From Roseibacillus sp. (GTDB taxonomy: Bacteria; Verrucomicrobiota; Verrucomicrobiia; Verrucomicrobiales; Akkermansiaceae), in assembly GCA_051251855.1 (NCBI GenBank), contig JBPOGI010000005.1:256001-320000 (forward strand): a stretch of DNA of 64,000 nt. Direction: 5' to 3'. The notes under the pieces were generated by a model. That model did not search any database and had not been told where the DNA came from. It saw only the letters and a list, made by a program, of their open reading frames with translations. A program made the position numbers and the translations under genes. Positions 21,613 through 35,856 of this stretch are shown here, one piece after another. Each line of letters opens with the position of its first letter. Within the stretch, counting starts at the first letter, position 1.

Positions 21613-21987
21613 CTACTTCTTCTTCTCGCTCTTGTCGGACTTTTCGTCCTTAGCGGATTCCGCTTTCTCGGACTTGAGCTTGATGACGGAGGCGACGGAA
21701 GGTTTGTCGAAGGTGAGGAAGACGTTGTCTCCGCCGGGCTTGAGGGTCACCGTTTTTTCGGAAATCTGGTGCACGGTGCCGTGGAGGCCGCCAGTGGTGA
21801 TCACTTTGTCGCCCTTTTCCATGGAATCGATACGGGCTTGTAGCTCCTTGCGTTGTTTCTGCTGAGGGCGGATGAGCAGGAGGTAAAACATCACGATCAT
21901 CAGGATGATCGGGAGGAATTGGCTAGCGAGAGGATTGCCTCCACCGGATGCGGCGAGGATGAAAAGAGAAGCTAAAGTGGCTGTCAT
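21613..21987 (-). CDS. yajC: Preprotein translocase subunit YajC
   Basis: FYLLLIRPQQKQ...KGDKVITTGGLHG; lies between tgt and secDF. Confidence 0.96.
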   Translation of the reverse strand: MTATLASLFILAASGGGNPLASQFLPIILMIVMFYLLLIRPQQKQRKELQARIDSMEKGDKVITTGGLHGTVHQISEKTVTLKPGGDNVFLTFDKPSVASVIKLKSEKAESAKDEKSDKSEKKK

Positions 21988-23102
21988 TTGGCGTTTGCGG
22001 TGTAGCGAGCGGTAAAGTCTTCGCGGAAGGCGGTATATTCGCCAGCCACGATGGCCTTTCGCGCATCGCGAGTGAGGCGAAGGTAGAAATCAAGATTGTG
22101 GAACGAAAGCAATCTTAAAGCGAGCATTTCGCCTGCTTTAAAGAGATGACGCAGGTAAGCGCGCGAGAATCCGGAGAGGTGAGGATGGCAATCGGGGGTC
22201 AGGGGGCGGGGGTCGTCGGCGTATTGCAGATTCTTGATGTGGATGGGGCCATCGGCGGTGAAAGCCAGTCCGTGGCGGGCACAACGGGTGGGATGGACGC
22301 AGTCGAACATGTCGACGCCGCGGGCGATCATCTCAAGAATCTGGGTCGGCGTGCCCAATCCCATGGCGTAGCGGGGCTTTTCCTTGGGGAGAAAGGGTTC
22401 GGCATGGTCGATGGCGGCGAACATCTCTTTTTCAGGTTCGCCGACGGAGACTCCTCCAATGGCGTATCCGTCAAAATCGAGGTCGACGAGGTCTTTGGCA
22501 GAGCGTTCGCGCAGATCGGGGTAAACGGAGCCCTGCACGATGCCGAAGTGCTGTTGCTGGGGTTTTCCGTGTTCTTCGGTCCATTGTTTACAGCGGGCGG
22601 CCCAGCGGCTGGTGAGTCCGGTGGATTCCTCGGCGTATCCGCGCTCGCAGGGGTAGGGCGGGCATTCGTCGAAGAGCATGGCGATGTCCGATCCGAGGAT
22701 GGACTGGATTTCCATGGAGGTCTCGGGGGTGAGTTCGAGCTTGGAGCCGTCGAGATGAGAGCGGAAAGTGACCCCTTTCTCGGAGATTTTGCGCAATTTG
22801 GCGAGGGACCAGACTTGGAAGCCTCCCGAATCGGTGAGGAGGGCGTTGGGCCAATCAGCGAATCCGTGCAGGCCGCCCATCTTTTCGATGATCTCGGTGC
22901 CAGGACGAATCCAGAGGTGATAAGTATTACCGAGAATGATTTTCGCGCCTAGCTCGTCCTTTAACTCTCTGGGATGGAGGGTTTTAACGGAGCCTTGAGT
23001 GCCCACCGGCATGAAGACGGGGGTCTCGATCTCCGCATGCGCGGTAGTGAGGGTTCCGGCCCGAGCTTTGGATTCGGGGTCTGTGGCGGCGAGACGAAAC
23101 AT
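21984..23102 (-). CDS. tgt: tRNA-guanine transglycosylase
   Basis: TPVFMPVGT, NTYHL, TDSGGFQ, FDEC, GIVQG, GG.SVGE and DMFDCV motifs; start ATG 23102. Confidence 0.96.
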   Translation of the reverse strand: MFRLAATDPESKARAGTLTTAHAEIETPVFMPVGTQGSVKTLHPRELKDELGAKIILGNTYHLWIRPGTEIIEKMGGLHGFADWPNALLTDSGGFQVWSLAKLRKISEKGVTFRSHLDGSKLELTPETSMEIQSILGSDIAMLFDECPPYPCERGYAEESTGLTSRWAARCKQWTEEHGKPQQQHFGIVQGSVYPDLRERSAKDLVDLDFDGYAIGGVSVGEPEKEMFAAIDHAEPFLPKEKPRYAMGLGTPTQILEMIARGVDMFDCVHPTRCARHGLAFTADGPIHIKNLQYADDPRPLTPDCHPHLSGFSRAYLRHLFKAGEMLALRLLSFHNLDFYLRLTRDARKAIVAGEYTAFREDFTARYTANAK

Positions 23103-23351
23103 CGTGCGAGGGCGGAGACTCGTTTGAGGAGGCCAAATAGTCCAGTTGAAAGAGGGGAGAATGCTGATTGGGTTTCCCGACGGAATAGCGTGAAATTTTT
23201 CCAAGTGGTTGAGCGGGAACAGTGGAGCCGCAAGGGGTGTTTTTTAAGGGCGCGGTGAACGCGATATTGCTTAGGGATTACAAAGTTCTTTCTCAGTCAT
23301 CGTGCCGACTTTGCCTTCCTCAAACCTCTCGACTCTTTAGGATCGTGCCAG

Positions 23352-26141
23352 ATGATGAAGAGTGTATTTCTACTGCTCGCGAGTGCCCATCTTGTCCTTG
23401 GGCAAGCGACGGTCGTGACGTGTTTCGACGAAGCGCACGAAGAAGGGTTGCCGACGATTGGCATTATTCCCGTCGAAGACTATCAGAAGGCGACTGCAGA
23501 AGTTGAGCGCCTCCAGCGTGAACTGGATGCGGTTCAAAAGAAGCAAGAGAGCCGCAAGCGGGTGGCTGCGGTCGTTGCGGAGCAAAAGAAGATGGTGCAG
23601 GCTCTGCGCAATGAGCTGAATGCCGCCAAGAAGGAGGATGGAGACGCGGGCAAAAAGACAGACTTTGCGAAGAGAGAGAAGGCCTTGGTGGAGAAGGTGA
23701 ATCGCATCGAGCGGGAGCGCAACCAGGCAACGGAACAACTTCAAAAGCGAGTGGATAGTCTTCAGTTAGACTTTGGCCGTAAGCAGGACGGATGGGAGCG
23801 GAAGCTCCTCTCGGTCGAAAAGGAGCGCGATGAGGCGATTAGCAAGATTGAGGCTTATGATAGGAAGTGGGAAACGGCTCGTCAGGCTTGGAAGCTGTCG
23901 GTGGAGAAGTGGAATCAAGATGCGGAGCAGGCGGTTCGCCGCGCGCAGAGGGCGGAAGCTCAGAAGGCGGTGGCGAATACTGCTCGCCTAGCGGCGGATT
24001 GGCAGGCCGAGCGAAAGCTTTTGGAAGCAAAGGTCGTGGAGTCGGAGGCTAAGCGGATTGCCGACGGCAAGGCTTGGGAAGAGTCTGCGGAGGACTGGCG
24101 CCTGAGAGCAGCAGCAGCGGTGCGCGCCTCGAATGTGAGAAACGCGCAAGCGGCAGTCGCAAATACGGCTCAATTGGCAGAGGCTTGGCAAAACGAGCGA
24201 AATGAACTGGAAGCGCAAGTGAAAGAGATGTCGGCCACGCTGGCCAAGTTAGAAGGCCAGTTGGGAGTGCAAGGTTTTGAAGACAAGCAAGCGGAGGTTT
24301 TGCGTTTGGGGTTGATGCAGAAGTCGCAGGCGCTGGAAGACCTCGGGTCGGATGCCTCGAAGTTGGCGATGGAGTGGAAGAATGAACGTGAGGAGTCTCG
24401 CCGCGAACTCGACGCTATGCGTGACCTCTACAAATCGACAGCGCGGGATGTGAAAACACGCGACCAGAGAGTTCGGCAATTGGATACAGCGCTCGCCAAT
24501 AAGAACAAGGCGTTGGACGGTCTTGCAATCGAGGCTGGTAAGCTCTCTGAGAGTTGGAAAGAGCAGCGAGGAGGATTGCAGAAGAAGATTGCGAGTTTGG
24601 AGAAGCAGTTGGGTGTTTGTCAGGGCAAGCTCAAAGAAGCGGTGAAGAAAGAGAAGGCAGCCCAATCGCAGATAAAGAAAGTAGCAGAGAAGAAGAATGA
24701 CCTTCAGGTAAGTGCCAAGCTAAAGGAGCAGTTGGCAGTGGCTGCGGACCTGCAAGGGAAGCTGGCACTAGCGAAGCAGACGGAAGATAAGCTTAAAACG
24801 AATTTTGCGCAGTTGAGAGGCGAAGTCACTGAGCTGAAGCTTACCATCAGCGAATACAAGAGTCAGAAAGAGGCAGATGCGAAAGCGATTGCAGCTCTCC
24901 AAGCTGAACTCAAGCAGGTCAAAGAGAGCCACGCCGCGACCGAGCAGAAGCTGGCGTCAGCTAATGAGGTTGTCAAAAAGACACAGCTGGAAGCCAAGAA
25001 TTTGCAGCAGAAGTCTCAGGATCTTGAGCGTCAGCTAGCGGTTGCCAAGAAAGAATTAGCCACAGCCCGCAAGCAGGCGGAAGCGAACGAGAAGGTGAAG
25101 GCCGAGGCGGCTGCGAAGGCGGCTCAGGTGGAGAATCTGGAAAATCAGTTGGGTCGTTTGGCAGTGGCGCAACAGGAGTTGGAAGGTACTTTGATTGCAA
25201 CCTTAGGAGATTTTGAAAAGCTTCAGAAGTCCTACATTGAGTTGAAATCGAAATCTGCTGACGGAGGAGAAGCGGCCAAGCAAGCGATCGCAGCTCGTAA
25301 GGCTGCAGAGGCAGAACTCCTCAAGGTAAAGGAAAAGTTGAAGGGTGAAGAGGCGAATCTGCGGGAAGCAAAAGCACAGGTTCAGCAAGTGGAAGAGAAG
25401 AGGAAGGCTGCGGAAGCCGAGGCTAAGGCGGCTGCGGAAGCGGGGAAGGCGGCCTTGGGAAAGTGTAAAGTCGAGTTGCAGAAAGTACTTCGCGAGATGG
25501 GCGAATTGCAGCTCAAGCAAGGAAAGCTTGTGAAGGAAAAGGCGGCTGCTGAAAAGGGGAAAGAGGCCTTTTTAAAATGTGAAGCCGAATTGGAGAAGCT
25601 ACGTGGCGAAATGGGTGCGCTGCAGCTCGAGCGGGAAAAGCTAGTCAAGGAGACGGCGGCTGCGGAAAAGGCAGCTGCGGAAAAGGGGAAGCAGGCTTTG
25701 GCAGAATCTGAAGCGGAGCTACAGAAAGTGCGCCGTGAGGTGGACGGGTTGCGGAAGGGGCAGGAAGAACTCGTTAAGGAGAAGGAAGCTCTTCGCCAGC
25801 GCTTTGTAAATATCGAGCCCGTGCGCTACCAGTTGGCTTCGGCAAATGTGGTAGCTCAGCAACAGCGAGTTTTGGCGGAAGTGAGGCAGGTGTTAGAGGT
25901 TTATCCTAGTGCCAGTTTTTCGATTAAAGGGCACACCTGTAATATCGGCAGTGAAGAAGCCAATCTGAAGCTGAGCGAAGACCGAGCGATGGTTTTGAGA
26001 GATTTCTTAGTGGAGAATGGACTCGAGGAAGAGCGCTTCACGCTGGTGGAAGGCTGTGGAGATACCGAGCCGCAAGCGAGCAACGAGACTGATGAAGGAC
26101 GTCGCCAAAATCGACGGGTTGAAATTGAGATCGTGCAGTAA
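23352..26141 (+). CDS. Long coiled-coil protein with C-terminal OmpA-like peptidoglycan-binding domain
   Basis: Signal peptide; about 780 aa of A/E/K/Q-rich heptads; GHTC..G...N..LS..RA...P.ASN....GR..NRRVEI. Confidence 0.88.
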   Translation: MMKSVFLLLASAHLVLGQATVVTCFDEAHEEGLPTIGIIPVEDYQKATAEVERLQRELDAVQKKQESRKRVAAVVAEQKKMVQALRNELNAAKKEDGDAGKKTDFAKREKALVEKVNRIERERNQATEQLQKRVDSLQLDFGRKQDGWERKLLSVEKERDEAISKIEAYDRKWETARQAWKLSVEKWNQDAEQAVRRAQRAEAQKAVANTARLAADWQAERKLLEAKVVESEAKRIADGKAWEESAEDWRLRAAAAVRASNVRNAQAAVANTAQLAEAWQNERNELEAQVKEMSATLAKLEGQLGVQGFEDKQAEVLRLGLMQKSQALEDLGSDASKLAMEWKNEREESRRELDAMRDLYKSTARDVKTRDQRVRQLDTALANKNKALDGLAIEAGKLSESWKEQRGGLQKKIASLEKQLGVCQGKLKEAVKKEKAAQSQIKKVAEKKNDLQVSAKLKEQLAVAADLQGKLALAKQTEDKLKTNFAQLRGEVTELKLTISEYKSQKEADAKAIAALQAELKQVKESHAATEQKLASANEVVKKTQLEAKNLQQKSQDLERQLAVAKKELATARKQAEANEKVKAEAAAKAAQVENLENQLGRLAVAQQELEGTLIATLGDFEKLQKSYIELKSKSADGGEAAKQAIAARKAAEAELLKVKEKLKGEEANLREAKAQVQQVEEKRKAAEAEAKAAAEAGKAALGKCKVELQKVLREMGELQLKQGKLVKEKAAAEKGKEAFLKCEAELEKLRGEMGALQLEREKLVKETAAAEKAAAEKGKQALAESEAELQKVRREVDGLRKGQEELVKEKEALRQRFVNIEPVRYQLASANVVAQQQRVLAEVRQVLEVYPSASFSIKGHTCNIGSEEANLKLSEDRAMVLRDFLVENGLEEERFTLVEGCGDTEPQASNETDEGRRQNRRVEIEIVQ

Positions 26142-26195
26142 CCGGATTTGCGGGAGATATTATAGCACCTCTAGAGTCGGCCTTCCGTTTTTGAA

Positions 26196-26912
26196 ATGAT
26201 TTGGTGCTTACATGGAGCCTTGGGACAGTCGGGAGACTGGAATGCATTTTCGCAAGCCATGGCTGAGCGAGGCCAGGCTTGTCGTGGGGTCGAGTTGTGG
26301 CGCTTTTTAGAATGCGAGGGGATTGGTCTGGTAGACTGGGCGGCGGCGTTCAATTCCGAAGTGCGGGCGGCCGGAGAGAAGGAGAATTACCTTGTCGGCT
26401 ATTCGATGGGAGGGCGTCTCGCTTTGCATGCTTTGTTAGATGATCCTGATTTGTGGACGAAGGCGGTGATTGTTTCAGCTCATCCAGGTCTGTGTGATGA
26501 ACAGGAAAAGTTGGAGCGAATGGCGAGCGATGCGGAGTGGGCAGGCTTGGCTTTGACCTCAGATTGGAAGCAGTTTTTGCAAAGGTGGGATACTCAGGCA
26601 GTGTTGCGAGGGAAGTTGGCGGAAGAGCCTGATCCCAGAATGCGGTTGGTCAATCGTCGGCGAGCAATCGCGCGCTCGTTTATGGAGTGGTCGCTTGGAA
26701 AGCAGGAAAATCTGCGAGGGCGTTTGGAAGAGGTGACTTGCCCTGTGCTTTGGCTCACGGGGGAGCTCGATAGGAAGTTTACTTCTTTGGCTCAGGAGGT
26801 TGTTCCTGCATTAGCGCATGGTTGCCACGAATCGCTATCTTCGGTGGGTCATCGTCTGCCTTGGGAGGCGGATGAGTTGTTCGTGAAGTTGGTGGAGGAG
26901 TTTCTGGAGTAG
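26196..26912 (+). CDS. menH: MenH-like alpha/beta hydrolase (SHCHC synthase-like)
   Basis: LHG.LG, VGYSMGGRLAL, SAHPGL, R..SD..W, GE.D.KF and GH motifs; no other men genes adjacent, so the symbol is tentative. Confidence 0.65.
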   Translation: MIWCLHGALGQSGDWNAFSQAMAERGQACRGVELWRFLECEGIGLVDWAAAFNSEVRAAGEKENYLVGYSMGGRLALHALLDDPDLWTKAVIVSAHPGLCDEQEKLERMASDAEWAGLALTSDWKQFLQRWDTQAVLRGKLAEEPDPRMRLVNRRRAIARSFMEWSLGKQENLRGRLEEVTCPVLWLTGELDRKFTSLAQEVVPALAHGCHESLSSVGHRLPWEADELFVKLVEEFLE

Positions 26913-27056
26913 CGCGGGTCTCTGACCTGTGAAGGTGGTCCAAGTTGTCTCGGCTTGGTTTTGGTGGCAGGTCACCTGTTGTTTATGGAAGTGATTGCTT
27001 CGGTATGCCCAGCCAAGGAGGCTGGCGTCTCACTTTCAGGTTGGAACCCTAGATGC

Positions 27057-27092
27057 AAAAAACCCGTGCTCCTCTTTGCAAAGAAGCACGGG
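27057..27092 (-). terminator. Rho-independent terminator
   Basis: CCCGTGCT...AGCACGGG stem followed by T6 on the minus strand. Confidence 0.75.
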
Positions 27093-27135
27093 CCTAACCA
27101 AACAAGTTGAGTATCCCAAAAAAGTGGTTCGAATT

Positions 27136-28086
27136 CTAAAACTTGTAGACGGCGTCGAGGGTGAATCGGTCTTTAGTGATGTTATCTCCCTCATCGGTGA
27201 GGGCGAACTCGTAGGCGAAGCCAACCGAGAAGTTGTGTCCAATTTTGCTACGGAATCCGAGTCCGATAGTCATGTAGTCTTCTGAACTACTCGCACCCCA
27301 GTTGAGGAGGTCAGCGCCTTCTGAGGGAGCTACAACAGGGACGTTACCTCCCGCTTGGCTGTTGAAGGCCTGATTGCCTGCTCCTTCGTTAAAGACGGTG
27401 AAGTAGTTAAATTCGATCAAGGGGATGAACCAAGGGCAGGTCTCGTAGCTCAAGTGAGCGCTAAAGAAGCCTTGGGTGGAGAAGTCGTCATCAAGGGGGA
27501 TCTGAATACCTGCACCAGAGGCAAACTGAAGGGCATCCCAAGCTTTGACGGTTTGCAAGGTGAGGTTGATGTTGCCACCGCCGTCGCCTTGAAAAACTTC
27601 GTCGCTACCCCAAGGGAACTCGACCATAGCGCTGACACTAGCTGCGAAGGTGTTGGCTGGGTCGAGGATAAAGGCATACTTGAGTCCGCCGCCAATATTG
27701 GCGAAGCCTTCTCCATCCGAGAATGGGCTGTTGCTGCCGGGGTTGAAATCCACGTAACCGTCTTTCATCGCCACGATTGAGAGGCGATCCGAAAGAGCGT
27801 ATTCGAATTGTAATGCGTAGAGTTGGAGGTCACCGCCAAAGGGCTGTTCTCCGAGGAGTTTGAGGTTGATCTGATCCGGGAACTGATGATGCATCGCAAT
27901 GAAGTGCAGCTGAGTACGAGGCACCGCGAGGTCGAAGAGGGTAGGGTTGGTGATGGGCCGAATGAGGTCGGAGAAGGCATCGGGGTTCCCCATCGCAGAT
28001 GTAGGAGCAGGTTCTACGAAGTCAATCGAACCAGCGCTGGCCGCACCAGCGAGGGCGAGGCTAAGGAGTGTGCTTGTTTTATTCAT
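27136..28086 (-). CDS. Putative outer-membrane beta-barrel protein
   Basis: Signal peptide, alternating amphipathic strands, C-terminal LDAVYKF (terminal Phe). Confidence 0.7.
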   Translation of the reverse strand: MNKTSTLLSLALAGAASAGSIDFVEPAPTSAMGNPDAFSDLIRPITNPTLFDLAVPRTQLHFIAMHHQFPDQINLKLLGEQPFGGDLQLYALQFEYALSDRLSIVAMKDGYVDFNPGSNSPFSDGEGFANIGGGLKYAFILDPANTFAASVSAMVEFPWGSDEVFQGDGGGNINLTLQTVKAWDALQFASGAGIQIPLDDDFSTQGFFSAHLSYETCPWFIPLIEFNYFTVFNEGAGNQAFNSQAGGNVPVVAPSEGADLLNWGASSSEDYMTIGLGFRSKIGHNFSVGFAYEFALTDEGDNITKDRFTLDAVYKF

Positions 28087-28218
28087 TTCTTGTCGTGTTG
28101 TGACGTTCAAGAAAATGTCATGGGTTTGCTATTTTGGCTCAGCGACTTATAGCAAGTGCTGTGCATATTTTGCTGTGGGAGTTTTTCTGAACTAGCGCAG
28201 GGTAGAGCTACCTCGCAG

Positions 28219-32686
<4,468 letters not shown>

Positions 32687-32746
32687 AGGGGGAGAGTTTG
32701 AAGGGCTTGGGGAGGTTTTGCAAGTGCGTGAACGGCGCAGGCAGAG

Positions 32747-33093
32747 GTTTCAACAGGAGATTAGGAGAGGAAGGAGGACGGGGTTGGGGCGATTTTGAAC
32801 CACCGCTCTGCGGGGCACGGCAGAAGGAAACTCAGGGAACGAAGTCGGGGTTGGATGGACGGGCTCTCCTTTTTAAACAGAAGGCTGCAAAGTTCGCAAA
32901 GGATCGGGCAGGAGGTGAATCAGTCTTTGTAGAAGAGTTGTGAGGGTTTGAGTCGAGGAGAGAGGGCCCATGGGAAATTCCTTTTTGAATCACTGAATAC
33001 GTAATCTTTAGAACCCCGGCTTTGCTTCCTTTGCGGCCTTCTGTTCAAAAACAGCAGAACCCCGGCTCCTTCTCTCCTTTCCTCTTGTAGAAA
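32747..33093. repeat. Intergenic composite repeat, copy 2
   Basis: TTTTAAACAGAAGGCTGCAAAGTTCGCAAAG (32871-32901) and near-perfect inverse at 33020-33050; units and linkers shared with 13187-13393. Confidence 0.7.
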
Positions 33094-33171
33094 TCAGAAA
33101 GCCCAGGGAGCTTCAAATCCTCGGTTGCGCTCATAAAATTGGTTGATAAGACCGAAAATCACATTTTTCTC

Positions 33172-33198
33172 GTCACCATTTTGGCTGGGCGGCATCTA
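33172..33198 (+). promoter_or_regulatory. Candidate ECF-type autoregulatory promoter
   Basis: GTCAC-N16-CATCTA directly upstream of the ECF sigma gene; resembles the GTCAC...CGTC pattern of some ECF promoters. Confidence 0.45.
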
Positions 33199-33213
33199 TT
33201 AGGGAACCAATTC

Positions 33214-35856
33214 ATGCCGATCACTGCCCAAACCGACTCCGAACTCGTTCGCAAAGCTGCTGCGGGCGAACAGGCTGCCTTTATTGCGCTGGTGGAACGG
33301 CATCAAGGGATGGTGAGCGGGGTGGCGCTGTCTTTGATGAAAAATGTCCCTGCGAGTGAGGATATTGCTCAGGAGACCTTTCTCTCGGCCTGGAAAAAGA
33401 TCGGGAGTCTTCGGGAACCTTCCAAAGTGCGTCCCTGGCTCGCCACCATTGCTCGCAATACCGCTTTAGCCCATCTGCGTATGAAAAAGAACAAGGTGAA
33501 GAGCCAAGTGTTAGAAGAGAACATGGGGGACTCGGCTCTCGGTCCTGATCAAGTTTCGGCTCACAAAGATGACCTTTCTCTTGTTCTGCAAACTCTCGAA
33601 CGCTTGCCTGAGAAATACCGCACTCCGCTCGTGCTCTTCTATCGCGAAGACCAGTCTGTTGCCGCTGTGGCTGAGGCGCTAGGTTTGAGTAAAGATGCGA
33701 CGAAGCAACGGCTCAAGCGTGGGCGTGATGAACTGCGCGATCAGGTAGAATCAACTCTCGCCAAGACTCTCCGCCGCACCGCACCCACTGCAGCCTTCAC
33801 TGCATCGGTGGCGGGTGTTTTGACAACCATGGCTCCTCCCGCTGCCAGTGCTGCGACGGGTTTGTCTCTTTCGTCTGTCACCACTTCCTCGGGTGCCGCG
33901 TCTACTACGGTAGCCGCCATGAATACTTCAAAACTCTCTCTTTCAGTCGCCGCCTTGTTAGGTGTTGCTGCCATTCCGGCAGGTTATGGTATGAGAGCCT
34001 TGCTCACGAAAGAATCTCGTCCTACCACGAACCTTACGAATGCTTCTGTGAGCACTGGCCAACAGAGGGTTGACCGAGATTCCATCACCATTCCACCGAG
34101 CCAAGTCGTCACCGAGTGGAAGCGTTTGCAAGAAGAGTATGGAGCGAGCTCCGAGGCGATGCCCCAGCTTTATACGCATATCGAAAGCTTGCCAGAGGGC
34201 TTTCTCAAAGAGGGACTGTTCTCGGTGTGGGTGACGGAATGGGTCGCTACCGATGCGCGTGGGGGCTTCGATTTTCTTCGGAAACAAAAAGGCGGAGACT
34301 GGAGGAAAGAGGAAGATCGCAGAACGGCTTTTCTAGAGGAGTGGTTACGCTTTGATTCTGCTGATGCCAGTGAGGGAGTTAAAGCCACTGGCAAAAGGTG
34401 GGGAAATCATTTCGAGAAAGCTGCTATCGTTTTAGCTCAGCAAGAGCCTGATTTTTATATCGAATATCTCGGGGAAATTATTCCTAGTGGGCCCCAGACC
34501 CGTCAGAAAGTCCTCGTTCTACTCGCGGAACAAGACGACGTGGCCCTTCGCAAGGCTGCGATTGCTGCCTTGCAGTCGCGTTCTGCCAATTTTCTCGAGG
34601 AAGCACTCGAGAAGGCCGTCCAAGTTTGGGCGGCTCGCGATGGACAGAGTGCTCTTGATTGGGCCCTCGCCTACAAAGGAGAAGAAAAGGATCATGTCCT
34701 GGTCGCGGCGCTTGCGGGACGGGCTACCGTGGATCCCATGGGTGCTCTTCGCCAAGGGGATAGGCTTGTTAGGCATCGATTGAACCGAACGAATGCACCT
34801 AGGCCTGACTTTATCACAATTGCTGCCGAGCAGGATCTGGAGGGAACTCTTGCTTGGTATGCAGGTATTTCGAGTGAAAGGGTACACTCCTACGACGGTG
34901 CGATGTCCGGGGTTTTTGTGAAGGAACTCGCAAAAGACCCGATCGCATTTCTCAACAGATTGGAGTCGCAAGGACAGTTTGAGAAGTTTGCTCCCGTGTT
35001 CGATAGCTTATATTATGCTGAGGGCCTTTCTGCTCGTTGGCAGGAAATCTCGGTCTGGCTAAGTACGCGACCAACGGGTACCTCTGAAATCGCATTGAGT
35101 TCCCGCCTCGCACAAACTCTTGCCTTCGTTGACCCTCCCGCTGCGCTGAAATTTGCTGACGAGGTGACTGATCCTCAGCAACGAGCAAGACTACGACGTG
35201 CAGTTGCTAAAGGATTGGTCGATACGCCCTCCCTGGAGGCGGTGAATTATTATCTCACCGACCATCCTGATTGGTCACGGGAATTCACTTTGGCTGCTTT
35301 TGAGCAAATGGGATCCAGTTCACAGAGCACAGGGCTACCGCAGTATCCGGTCGAAATCGAGAGCTGGACTCAGGCTGCGGAGAAACTTGAAGGTGAGGAT
35401 CTCGTGTTGGCTGCCAGATGGCTGCTCAATCGCGGTTACCTCCGTGCCGACCCAACGTCTGCCTTTGAATGGGTAAAAGGAATGCCCGAAGAGCGACTCT
35501 CTACTCAGGAACGGGAAGATATTTTCAGCGAAGCTTTTCAAAGCTGGACGTGGCAGAATGAGGCCGAAGCTCTCGACTGGATTTCGGAGACAAAATTGGG
35601 TGCCTATCACGATTCTTGCGCCTGCAAAGTGGTTGCTTTGCTGAGTCGCCAAACGGCTTCGCTCGAGGAAGTCTGGCCTTGGTTCGAGTCCATTTCAGAA
35701 GAGGGGGATCGGAAACAGGCGTTTCAGTTCCTGGAGTCCGGCTACCAGACGACTTCGGCTCTGGAACTCTCAGAACGATTTCAGGATTCTGACATCCCGG
35801 AAGAAGAGAAGTCCTTTTACCTCGAAAAGCTTTCCTCAACCCAATCCGCGAAATGA
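33214..35856 (+). CDS. ECF sigma-70 factor with TM segment and large C-terminal extension
   Basis: Region 2 (AFIALVERH, EDIAQETFL.AW, WLATIARN) and region 4 (LPEKYRTPLVLFY...VAEALGLS...KQRLKRGR), TM, then D.xAAL.W helical repeats. Confidence 0.9.
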   Translation: MPITAQTDSELVRKAAAGEQAAFIALVERHQGMVSGVALSLMKNVPASEDIAQETFLSAWKKIGSLREPSKVRPWLATIARNTALAHLRMKKNKVKSQVLEENMGDSALGPDQVSAHKDDLSLVLQTLERLPEKYRTPLVLFYREDQSVAAVAEALGLSKDATKQRLKRGRDELRDQVESTLAKTLRRTAPTAAFTASVAGVLTTMAPPAASAATGLSLSSVTTSSGAASTTVAAMNTSKLSLSVAALLGVAAIPAGYGMRALLTKESRPTTNLTNASVSTGQQRVDRDSITIPPSQVVTEWKRLQEEYGASSEAMPQLYTHIESLPEGFLKEGLFSVWVTEWVATDARGGFDFLRKQKGGDWRKEEDRRTAFLEEWLRFDSADASEGVKATGKRWGNHFEKAAIVLAQQEPDFYIEYLGEIIPSGPQTRQKVLVLLAEQDDVALRKAAIAALQSRSANFLEEALEKAVQVWAARDGQSALDWALAYKGEEKDHVLVAALAGRATVDPMGALRQGDRLVRHRLNRTNAPRPDFITIAAEQDLEGTLAWYAGISSERVHSYDGAMSGVFVKELAKDPIAFLNRLESQGQFEKFAPVFDSLYYAEGLSARWQEISVWLSTRPTGTSEIALSSRLAQTLAFVDPPAALKFADEVTDPQQRARLRRAVAKGLVDTPSLEAVNYYLTDHPDWSREFTLAAFEQMGSSSQSTGLPQYPVEIESWTQAAEKLEGEDLVLAARWLLNRGYLRADPTSAFEWVKGMPEERLSTQEREDIFSEAFQSWTWQNEAEALDWISETKLGAYHDSCACKVVALLSRQTASLEEVWPWFESISEEGDRKQAFQFLESGYQTTSALELSERFQDSDIPEEEKSFYLEKLSSTQSAK

